Positions 17,368-24,987 of a stretch of DNA of 48,808 bases are shown here, piece by piece; positions within the stretch are counted from its first letter, which is position 1, and each line of letters starts with the position of its first letter. Position numbers and translations under genes: made by a program. The DNA comes from a virus (lineage: Duplodnaviria; Caudoviricetes). Below the pieces are notes generated by a model that saw only the letters and a program-made list of their open reading frames with translations, was not told the DNA's origin and did no database searches. The stretch lies in IMG/VR virus record IMGVR_UViG_3300017766_004362, positions 1-48,808 of that record; one strand, given 5' to 3'.

Positions 17368-17585
17368 ACGTGTACGTCGTGGAGCGAAAGTCGCCGGACG
17401 TCTCGGTCCGCATGGTTGAGATCATGGGCATTCACAGGACCGAAGCCGCAGCCAAGCGGCAGCGAGAGGCGCTCTGGGAGGACCACAAGCTCTCGACCGG
17501 CGTGACGACGTACATGCTGTCCGACTACCGCTTCCCCGCGCCCAAAAAGACCAAGACCGTTCCGAAAAGGAAGTTCACACGATGA
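17364..17585 (+). CDS. Hypothetical protein
   Basis: ATGA-coupled on both sides. Confidence 0.65.
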   Translation: MNVYVVERKSPDVSVRMVEIMGIHRTEAAAKRQREALWEDHKLSTGVTTYMLSDYRFPAPKKTKTVPKRKFTR

Positions 17586-17956
17586 CCCGCGAACAACTAG
17601 ACGCCATCCGCGCTCGCGCTCGTAGCATCGAGGCCAACAAGCCTCGAAACGACGTGTGGCTATTCGTGAGGCAGGACGTTCCTGCCCTACTCGCGGAGGT
17701 CGAGGGAATGCGTGAGTCCTGCACCGGGCTTGTGAAGCAGAACGAGCGGCAGTACGACGAGGTGCTGCGGCTGACCGCCGAGCGTGACATCGCTTTCGCT
17801 CGCGGCGTGGCAGCGATGCGGGAGGCGGCGGTCGTGGTCGCGCGCAAGCGAGCGAACCTCCCGAAGCACTCGGACCTCGACTCGGCGTGGTGTCGTTCAG
17901 CCGAGTGCATTCTCGACGAGCTGCGCCACCTGCCCGACCCCGAGGATAAGCCGTGA
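17582..17956 (+). CDS. Hypothetical phage protein (coiled-coil)
   Basis: MTREQLDAIRARA...DVPALLAEVE; coupled start and stop. Confidence 0.7.
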   Translation: MTREQLDAIRARARSIEANKPRNDVWLFVRQDVPALLAEVEGMRESCTGLVKQNERQYDEVLRLTAERDIAFARGVAAMREAAVVVARKRANLPKHSDLDSAWCRSAECILDELRHLPDPEDKP

Positions 17957-18198
17957 GTACCTATGTCGAGCAAGCACTGGTCGTAGGGGACCATGAGTAC
18001 GAGACGCGCCTCACCTTCGAGCCGGGATACAGCGACGACCGCGACCGTGAATGCGTGCGCGTGCTGGTGAGCGCAAAGGGCGCGCACGGAGAACTCCGCA
18101 TTCCCTGCTCGGAGGTCATGGTGCTGGCAAAGCGCCTGATCGAAATGGCGCAGGGCAGGCCCGTAAAACTGACCATTCGCAAAGCGAGGAGCGCATGA
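17953..18198 (+). CDS. Hypothetical protein
   Basis: GTGA overlap; GAGGA RBS. Confidence 0.6.
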   Translation: MSTYVEQALVVGDHEYETRLTFEPGYSDDRDRECVRVLVSAKGAHGELRIPCSEVMVLAKRLIEMAQGRPVKLTIRKARSA

Positions 18199-18223
18199 CC
18201 CTCCCCGACCCCGAGGACAAGTC

Positions 18224-18424
18224 GTGAAGTTCATCATCGAACTGACGCACACTGGACGAGGTTCTGTGACGGGTCGCATCATCGACACGGATGACGACGG
18301 TTACACGCTGTACGAGGTGACGGTCGTCAGCGACGCCACCAAGGCCTCACAGACCCGCGTGCTGCGCGACCTCGCGAGGCACCTGGACTGGTTCGTCGAC
18401 CTGTCCGAGGGCGGGAAGAAGTGA
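18224..18424 (+). CDS. Hypothetical protein
   Basis: GTG with GAGGA RBS; ends just before the terminator. Confidence 0.6.
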   Translation: MKFIIELTHTGRGSVTGRIIDTDDDGYTLYEVTVVSDATKASQTRVLRDLARHLDWFVDLSEGGKK

Positions 18425-18431
18425 GGCTTTG

Positions 18432-18482
18432 GAAAAAATAGGGGCCGAGAGCTTGAAAGCACCTTCCGGCCCCTATTTTTTC
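18432..18482. terminator. Perfect 16-bp inverted repeat; bidirectional terminator-like
   Basis: GAAAAAATAGGGGCCG (18432-18447) pairs with CGGCCCCTATTTTTTC (18467-18482). Confidence 0.75.
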
Positions 18483-18511
18483 GCGACTCGGATACCCCCG
18501 TCGCTTTTCTC

Positions 18512-18541
18512 TTGCCGTCTCGCCACGAGTCGCGGTACGGT
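18512..18541 (+). promoter_or_regulatory. Possible sigma70-type promoter for the recombinase
   Basis: TTGCCG-18 bp-TACGGT; overlapped by the 9-bp inverted repeat CGCGACTCG (18482)/CGAGTCGCG (18526). Confidence 0.35.
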
Positions 18542-18586
18542 TCTGTTCGTCGGCTGAGGGGCTGACCACAACGACCGAGGGACATC

Positions 18587-19300
18587 ATGGCCAAGAAGAC
18601 CGTCACCGCTCTCAACAAGACCCGCTGCCTCGTCTACATCCGCGTCTCGACCGACGAGCAGCACCTCGGCCCCGAGGCTCAGGCCGAGGCTTGCCGCGTG
18701 TACGCCGAGCGCCTCGGCATGACCGTCGTCGAGACCTTCCGTGACATCGGCGTGTCGGGTGCCGCGCCGCTGCACGAGTGCCCCGGGCTTCAGTCCGCGG
18801 TCGACTCCCTCGAGGCCCACGACGCGGGCGTCCTGCTCGTCGCCAAGCGCGACCGTCTCGCCCGCGACGTCATGAAGGTCGGCATGGTCACGCAGCGCGT
18901 CGAGTCGGCGGGCGCGACCGTCATCTCCGCGGACGGCATCCCCGAGTCCAACGAGCCGACCGCCGTGCTCATGCGGCAGATCATCGACGCCTTCAGCCAG
19001 TTCGAGCGCAGCCTCATCATCTCGCGCACGAAGGGCGCTCTCGCCGCCAAGAAGGCCAAGGGTGAGGTCGCCGGCAACATTCCTCTGGGCTTCGTGCGCG
19101 ACGGCAACAAGCTCGTGGTCGACGAGGCCGGTCGTGCCCAGCACCGCGAGGTCAAGGCCCGTGTTCAGGCGCTCCTCGCCGAGGGCAAGACCTACCAGAA
19201 CGTGGTAGACCTCTTCGCCGCCGAGAAGGTCGCCTACCTCAACTTCACCGAGTGGAAGTTCCGCTCGCAGGTCGCTCGCGTCCTCGAGCGCGACCTCTAG
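18587..19300 (+). CDS. Serine recombinase (resolvase-type catalytic domain plus short recombinase domain)
   Basis: YIRVST, D-x-GVSG, RDRLAR, FSQFERSLIISRT and GNIPLGF. Confidence 0.92.
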   Translation: MAKKTVTALNKTRCLVYIRVSTDEQHLGPEAQAEACRVYAERLGMTVVETFRDIGVSGAAPLHECPGLQSAVDSLEAHDAGVLLVAKRDRLARDVMKVGMVTQRVESAGATVISADGIPESNEPTAVLMRQIIDAFSQFERSLIISRTKGALAAKKAKGEVAGNIPLGFVRDGNKLVVDEAGRAQHREVKARVQALLAEGKTYQNVVDLFAAEKVAYLNFTEWKFRSQVARVLERDL

Positions 19301-19360
19301 TCCACGTCCCGCAACCCGCGTCCCGCCCTCACGGGCGGGACCTTCGCCCAAGGAGGGCTC

Positions 19361-19657
19361 ATGTTCACCTCGTTCGCCATCGACAACGGCATTCGCTTCA
19401 CCGCTCACTTCTACGACGCCCAGAACGACAAGACCGAGACCCGCGTGGTCTCGGGCTGGGTCACGGGCGACGACGGCATCTCACAGGCCACGGTGCTCAT
19501 CCCCGACCAGGGCATTCAGCTGCGCGTCGGCCAGATTCAGGGCTTCCTCGCCGTGACCCCGAACGGGCAGGACGAGGCCCACGCCGCGCTGCTTGAGGCC
19601 AAGGTCGCGCAGTACAAGAAGCAGTACGCCGAGTCCCGGCCGAAGACCGAGAACTAG
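19361..19657 (+). CDS. Hypothetical protein
   Basis: AAGGAGG RBS; follows hairpin GTCCCGCCC-TCAC-GGGCGGGAC (19320-19341). Confidence 0.7.
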   Translation: MFTSFAIDNGIRFTAHFYDAQNDKTETRVVSGWVTGDDGISQATVLIPDQGIQLRVGQIQGFLAVTPNGQDEAHAALLEAKVAQYKKQYAESRPKTEN

Positions 19658-19802
19658 GTCGTGCGGGTGACGCCGATAGCGCCCGTGCTCTCGGCGTCAC
19701 CGTGGCGCGGTCCGCAGGAACGGAACGACCCGGAGCGTCGGCACGGTGCCGGCGACTTCGGCAAGGCACTAGACGAGGCCGTAGGGGCCGAAGAGAGGGA
19801 AC

Positions 19803-20009
19803 ATGGACGACCGAACGATAGCCGAGCGCCGGTTCGACGAGCTGGTGGCTGAACGACGAGCGCAGGGCCGGAAGACCTACGGGCGGGGGCTCGACCACAA
19901 CGACGAGTTCTGCTGGAAGATGATGGCGCTCGAGGAGGCCCTCGACATGGGTCAGTACCTCATGGCCCACATCGTCCGCCTCGAGCAGGAGATTGGAGGC
20001 CGGTCATGA
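19803..20009 (+). CDS. Small acidic-helix protein, possibly related to all-alpha NTP pyrophosphohydrolases
   Basis: GRKTYG...ALEEALDMGQYL (EExxD-like); GAGGGA RBS. Confidence 0.5.
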   Translation: MDDRTIAERRFDELVAERRAQGRKTYGRGLDHNDEFCWKMMALEEALDMGQYLMAHIVRLEQEIGGRS

Positions 20010-20263
20010 CCCTCCGCTTCTGCTCGGCGAAGACGCTGAACGTGACCGCCGTCCAGTTCTCGGGCTACGGCTGGATCGAGGCGCTCAAGGAAATCCACCC
20101 GAGCGTCGAGGTGCAGATCACGCCCTACGTCGCTGCCGTGACGCTGTTCTGGAACAAGCAACACCGCTACCTGCACCCGAACGACTGGGCCGTCGTCCAC
20201 GACGGCGAGCTCGTCATCTTCACGCCCGAGGCGTTCGACCTCGTCTTCGGAGACTCGCTGTGA
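20006..20263 (+). CDS. Hypothetical protein
   Basis: ATGA-coupled; GGAGG RBS. Confidence 0.65.
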   Translation: MTLRFCSAKTLNVTAVQFSGYGWIEALKEIHPSVEVQITPYVAAVTLFWNKQHRYLHPNDWAVVHDGELVIFTPEAFDLVFGDSL

Positions 20264-20451
20264 CCGACAAGGACCTGAAGAGGTACGACACCCTGCTTCG
20301 CACGCACGTCGAGGTGAGGTGGACGAACGACGACATCCGGGCGCTGCTCGACGAGGTCCTTCGTTTGCGCGAGGTCGTGGCGACCGAGGACCGGCCGGTG
20401 GCTCTGCGGGACCACTGGGCGCAGCGCACCCGTTTCGTGGGAGGGCACTGA
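20260..20451 (+). CDS. Hypothetical protein
   Basis: GTGA-coupled; DIRALLDEVLRLR resembles the DVPALLAEV motif of 17582..17956. Confidence 0.6.
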   Translation: MTDKDLKRYDTLLRTHVEVRWTNDDIRALLDEVLRLREVVATEDRPVALRDHWAQRTRFVGGH

Positions 20452-20452
20452 C

Positions 20453-21001
20453 ATGGCGACCATCGAGCTGTGGACGGGGCCGATGTTCAGCGGCAAGACC
20501 ACGGGGCTGCTCGACCGGGTGTACCAGTTCCAGGAGGCCGGTGTGCCGGTGCTGCTGCTCAAGCACGCCTCGGACACGCGCTACGACTCGGGACACGCGG
20601 TGACGACGCACTCGGGCGTGTCTCTCGCGGCTCGGCCCGCGTGGGCGGTCTTCGACCTCGAGCAGGCCCTCAACGCCGCACCGAACACGAAGGTCGTTGC
20701 CATCGACGAGGTGCAGTTCTTTTCGCACGGCATCACGGGCTTCGTTCGCAGCGCCCGTGAGCGGGGCGTCACGGTCCTTCTCGCCGGCCTCGACCGGACA
20801 TCGACCGCCGAATACTTCGGGCAGATGCCGGGACTACTGGCCCATGCGGACGTCGTTCACAAGCTCTCAAGCGAGTGCGCGTGCGGCCTGAAGGCGTACC
20901 AGACCCGCCGGAAGAAGGACGCGCCCGAGGGGTTCGTGGGTGGGTCGGAGCGGTACGAGAGCGTGTGCTGGGGGTGCTGGTACCGAGGGGTAGAGCGATG
21001 A
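20453..21001 (+). CDS. tdk: Thymidine kinase
   Basis: GPMFSGKTT, DTRY, IDEVQFF, AGLD; Zn cysteines CACG and YESVCWGC. Confidence 0.93.
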   Translation: MATIELWTGPMFSGKTTGLLDRVYQFQEAGVPVLLLKHASDTRYDSGHAVTTHSGVSLAARPAWAVFDLEQALNAAPNTKVVAIDEVQFFSHGITGFVRSARERGVTVLLAGLDRTSTAEYFGQMPGLLAHADVVHKLSSECACGLKAYQTRRKKDAPEGFVGGSERYESVCWGCWYRGVER

Positions 21002-21300
21002 CACCGGACCACATCAAGGCTTACAGCGACCGCGTGGACATGATCTCCAAGGACTTGAACCTCGGCCCGCTGCGCGTGCAGTACTGTCAGGACGTGAGCA
21101 AGCTACTCATTCAAGTCAAGATTCTCGTGGCCGAACGTGACGCTTTGCTCGACGAGTTGCACCGCATTCGCGTCCTCGCCGATCAGATGGCCGATGCCGG
21201 TGGTTATTGGGAAGACGTCAAGGCCGAGATGCGGAGCGAATGGACGAAGCGTGCCGGTCTTCGGGCCAAGGCCAAGAAGGAAGGAAAGGAGTCGCCGTGA
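20998..21300 (+). CDS. Hypothetical protein
   Basis: ATGA-coupled to tdk. Confidence 0.6.
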   Translation: MTPDHIKAYSDRVDMISKDLNLGPLRVQYCQDVSKLLIQVKILVAERDALLDELHRIRVLADQMADAGGYWEDVKAEMRSEWTKRAGLRAKAKKEGKESP

Positions 21301-21587
21301 CCGAAGACTTCAAGCGCGGTGCCGAGGCCATGCAGCAGGCCATCATCGACCTGCTGAACGAGCACGACGCGCCCTTGCACCTCGTTGCCCGAGTCGTCGA
21401 GATGGACTACCCGGAGCAGCACATCACGACAGACGCTCAGGATCACGACATCGAGGTCTTTCGTCAGGCCGTCGAAGCGACGAGGGCGTGCATCATCCGT
21501 CGACTGAACTTCATCGGTGGACGGAATGCAGCGACCTTCGTCGAGAGCCTTCAGGACTACGAACTTCCGACGCTCTTGAAGCTCTAG
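21297..21587 (+). CDS. Hypothetical protein; last gene of the + arm
   Basis: GTGA-coupled with AAGGAG RBS; stop overlaps the convergent endolysin stop. Confidence 0.6.
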   Translation: MTEDFKRGAEAMQQAIIDLLNEHDAPLHLVARVVEMDYPEQHITTDAQDHDIEVFRQAVEATRACIIRRLNFIGGRNAATFVESLQDYELPTLLKL

Positions 21588-22126
21588 GCGATGCGCGAGT
21601 CCTTCGGGTCGAACGGCTCGTAGGTCGTCTTCCCGTTCACGACGAACATGGACAGGGCCTGACCACGCTGGGTCTTCGTGCTCGGGTGCAAGAGGCCGAC
21701 GTGGACCCACGTCCTCTCGAAGATGACCTGGTCGATCTTCACGCCGCTCGCCAAGATGTCGGTCATGAGCTTCTTGCACCCGTGAGCCGGGTGTAGGTCC
21801 GCCGCGAGGCCGAACGAGTGGGCGCTCGTCGTGCTCCCGCCCACGGCCTTGTTCACCGCGTCCGAGCGGTAGCCCGAGTTGATCTTGAGAGGGCCGACCT
21901 TGGCACGGATGGGCTCGAGGGCCTCGACGCAGAGCTTCTTCAGGTTCGCGAGCACCTCGGGCGACGGGTCGTTGTCCAGACCCTTCGATTTCGCGGTGCC
22001 CGAGGCTAGCAGCTCGGACAGACGGAAATGCGGCGAGAGCTGGACGTCGTCGCACTTCCCGTCACCGCCGCAACGGACGCACGCTTTCGCGTGGCCCCAA
22101 CACTTCGGACAGTCCATGGTCATCAT
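21584..22126 (-). CDS. Endolysin, peptidase M15 family, with N-terminal Cys-rich zinc ribbon
   Basis: LSPHFRLSEL, INSGYRS, SAH-x2-GLAAD and WVHVG; N-terminal CPKCWG...CVRCGGDG. Confidence 0.88.
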   Translation of the reverse strand: MMTMDCPKCWGHAKACVRCGGDGKCDDVQLSPHFRLSELLASGTAKSKGLDNDPSPEVLANLKKLCVEALEPIRAKVGPLKINSGYRSDAVNKAVGGSTTSAHSFGLAADLHPAHGCKKLMTDILASGVKIDQVIFERTWVHVGLLHPSTKTQRGQALSMFVVNGKTTYEPFDPKDSRIA

Positions 22127-22405
22127 CTACTCCGCGCACCGGCTAGGGTCCTGCCGGCAAATCCAAAGAGCGAGCCTCCGGTCGGTCTTCTGTACGGCCT
22201 CGAGGACTTGGGCGACGGTGTCCCGGTCGTGCCTTCGGTCGGCCTCGAGGCCCTCGACGCGGTGCTCGAGGGCGTCGAACCGAGCGGTCATGGTCGCGTA
22301 CATCGCCCCGAGTCCCGTCAGCCCCATCACCGCGCTCAAGAGTATCGGCCACCATTGCTTCAGAGCTTCAAGGGGCGGATGCTGCTGGACGGGCGAGGCG
22401 CTCAT
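22127..22405 (-). CDS. Single-TM membrane protein (holin-like candidate)
   Basis: WWPILLSAVMGLTGLGAMYA followed by a coiled coil; immediately upstream of the endolysin. Confidence 0.55.
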   Translation of the reverse strand: MSASPVQQHPPLEALKQWWPILLSAVMGLTGLGAMYATMTARFDALEHRVEGLEADRRHDRDTVAQVLEAVQKTDRRLALWICRQDPSRCAE

Positions 22406-22446
22406 GGTGTCGTGGCTCGGAAGATGCGGGGTTCACTAGGGCTTGT

Positions 22447-24987
22447 TCAGGGGGCGGGAGTTGCCGTGAGCCGCGCTCGAACTTCGGGGTCTTGAGCGAT
22501 GGCCTGCAACATGGCGTTCGTCAGGTTCGTCTTCTCTGCGACGTTGCGCCACTTGGCCGCGCTCTGGATGTTCGACTTGAGAATCTCGTCGAATCGACCG
22601 AGAAGCACAGCAGCGGTCGCCGGGTCAGCAAACCGCTCCCCGCGCTCCAGCGTCGCCAAGAACTCCCTCGCTTGAGCGGGGTCAGACACGTTGAGAATTG
22701 ACCGGAGCCAGCCACCCGTGGCCTTGAGCGTGTTCGGGTTGAAACGAGCACCCTTGGACGCAAGGAGACCGAGCACCGCAGACGGAAGACCAAGACCTTC
22801 CAGCGGACGCTCCGGCACTTCGCCAGGGATGCGAACCTCCGGCTCCAGCCCCTCGACGACACGACGGCCTCGCTGCAAAGCACGCTCGACGGATGCCTGT
22901 TCCTCGGGCGTGGCCGGAACGAAGTCTTCCGCCGCGCGAGGACCCGCCGTCGCCTGCGCCGCTTGCGCCCTTCGCAGACCCTCTTCAGCAGCCGAAGGCA
23001 AGGCCGAGCCGCGAAGGACGGCGTCTTCCGCCGCGCGACGTTCCATCTTGGCTCGTTCTGCGGCGAGCTGCTCTTCGATGGCGCGGCTGCTCTCCACAGG
23101 AGCCGTGCGAAGCTGATTCTCAAGCTCGCGAACGCGCTGCTGCGCACGAGCCACGTCGAACGGCTCGCCGATGGCACGGCTCGGCTCGCCGGGGCGAGGA
23201 GCACGCATCGTCGCGATCTGGAGGTCGGCTGTCGGGCGCTCGGTCTGGTAACGAAGCGAGTACCCACGATCCGCGATACCGGCCATCGCCTCGTCGGACA
23301 GGCGCAGCCCGAAGCGACCGGCGATGTCCTGAATCTGCTCGGGCGTCAGGTTTGCCTTCTCGTTGGCCGCTGCTTCCTGCGCCGCAATCTCCTTGTAGTT
23401 CGGAGCGGACGCTACTCGCCGATCAGCCAGCGCGATGAGCTTGCGCTGTTCGTCGCGAATGGCCGCGGTCTTCTTGGCAATCTCCTCCGCGATGTACTGG
23501 TCGGGATTGTCGATGTACCGCTTCACGGGAGCGAGGACCGGCTCCGTCCACTTTTCGCGCGTTCCCTTGAGGCTGACCAACATGTCAACCCACTGCGGCG
23601 GGAGCGGGGAGCGGCTGTTGATGTACGGGGCGAGCGTCTCGTCCGCGCGGTCGATGTCGAGCAGTCGTCCAAAGGCCGTGCCGTGCAGGTTCGCGATTTC
23701 GCCGCGAACCGAGGCTTCGGCACCCGCAATCTGCTCGTCGAGTTCGCGCAGCTTCTTGGCAAGCGCCGCGTCCTCACGAGTCCCAAGGGCTGCGAGCTGC
23801 TCGGCGCGGACGTTGATCTTGTGGGCGTCTCCGACAGCCTTGTGGAAGTCGGAGTTGGCCCTCTTCTGCGTGGCTCCGAGTTCCTTGTACGCAGCCTCGT
23901 CGACCGAGGTGCGAGCCTTCGCGATCTGACCTTCCAAGGTCGAGCGCTCTGCGGCGGACGCCTTCTGAAGACGGCCTTGAAGGTCCTCAAGACGACGCTC
24001 GGTATCAACCCTGTCCTTGCGAGCGGTACGGACTTCGTTCTCCGCCTCACGAGCGACGGAAAGTTCGGCCGAGGCTACCTTCTCCGCAGCCTCTCGTGTC
24101 GGAGCGCGGACCTTGCCTTCCAGCGTTTGAACGATGGCGCGTTCACGCTTCCCGGGCAGCGGGGCTTGAAGCCTAGACAGACCGGCACGAGCGAGACCAC
24201 CAACCGTTCCCGCGGCACCGAGTCCGAGCATCAACCCACGCTCGGTAGCTTCCTCGGTGCTCTCGGGAACACCACCGACGAGCGTCGCGCCGATGGGAAG
24301 CGCAGAGGGGAGAGCCTGTGCGGTACGAGCAGCGCCCCGTACCGGCAACGACAAGCCCTTCGCCACGACGCCTCGGTCCTTGACTAGTTCTGCGGTGCCT
24401 CGGGCAACAGCACCACCGGCACGCTCAACGCCGCGCAGTGCTGCGGGAGCGAGGGCCGAGATGCCCGTCACACCAACCGCCTCGCCCGTCGTCGCGCCCT
24501 CTTCCTTGGCCTGCGCGAAAGTCAGCGGAGCCTGAGCACCTTCCGACGCAAGGTAGCGAGCCAGCATCGGAATGCGTCCCGCACCCTCGGCGAGAGCCGG
24601 GGCAGCAACACGCAAAGCCGTCGCGCCAACGCGCCCCGCAGCCCACGGCTCGGCGATGAGACCACCCACGCGACCGAAGGCCGTTCCGACCGGGGCCTCC
24701 TCGGCGGTCTTGGCAAAACGCTCCTCGACCTCCTTGCGGCTCTCGCCGTAGGTCTTGGGGCTGAACGTCGACTCAATTGCGGCGACCGCAGCCTTTCCGC
24801 CAGGGGTGATGTCGATGAGGCCGCGTCCGAGGCCGGCGATGAAGCCAGCCTCCTCGGGCGCAGGAGCGGGTGCGGGTGCGGGAGCGGGTGCCGCAGCACG
24901 AGGCGCAGGAGCGGCGTCTTCCCATTCCGGCTCCGTGAGCGTGGTCGGCGTTTCGTCTTCCCACTCAGGCTCAGTCAGCGTCGCCAT
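22447..24987 (-). CDS. Large internal virion / DNA ejection protein (putative)
   Basis: 846 aa, Ala/Gly-rich and helical; last of three large helical genes after the tail genes. Confidence 0.6.
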   Translation of the reverse strand: MATLTEPEWEDETPTTLTEPEWEDAAPAPRAAAPAPAPAPAPAPEEAGFIAGLGRGLIDITPGGKAAVAAIESTFSPKTYGESRKEVEERFAKTAEEAPVGTAFGRVGGLIAEPWAAGRVGATALRVAAPALAEGAGRIPMLARYLASEGAQAPLTFAQAKEEGATTGEAVGVTGISALAPAALRGVERAGGAVARGTAELVKDRGVVAKGLSLPVRGAARTAQALPSALPIGATLVGGVPESTEEATERGLMLGLGAAGTVGGLARAGLSRLQAPLPGKRERAIVQTLEGKVRAPTREAAEKVASAELSVAREAENEVRTARKDRVDTERRLEDLQGRLQKASAAERSTLEGQIAKARTSVDEAAYKELGATQKRANSDFHKAVGDAHKINVRAEQLAALGTREDAALAKKLRELDEQIAGAEASVRGEIANLHGTAFGRLLDIDRADETLAPYINSRSPLPPQWVDMLVSLKGTREKWTEPVLAPVKRYIDNPDQYIAEEIAKKTAAIRDEQRKLIALADRRVASAPNYKEIAAQEAAANEKANLTPEQIQDIAGRFGLRLSDEAMAGIADRGYSLRYQTERPTADLQIATMRAPRPGEPSRAIGEPFDVARAQQRVRELENQLRTAPVESSRAIEEQLAAERAKMERRAAEDAVLRGSALPSAAEEGLRRAQAAQATAGPRAAEDFVPATPEEQASVERALQRGRRVVEGLEPEVRIPGEVPERPLEGLGLPSAVLGLLASKGARFNPNTLKATGGWLRSILNVSDPAQAREFLATLERGERFADPATAAVLLGRFDEILKSNIQSAAKWRNVAEKTNLTNAMLQAIAQDPEVRARLTATPAP

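Noticed and set aside
18587-19300. IS607 transposase or Gin-type tail-fibre invertase
   Set aside because: No N-terminal HTH or tnpB partner, and no inverted fibre cassette nearby
19661-19852. 63-aa ORF after the recombinase-associated gene
   Set aside because: No clear RBS; it overlaps the better-supported 19803 gene and spans the putative cis-motif
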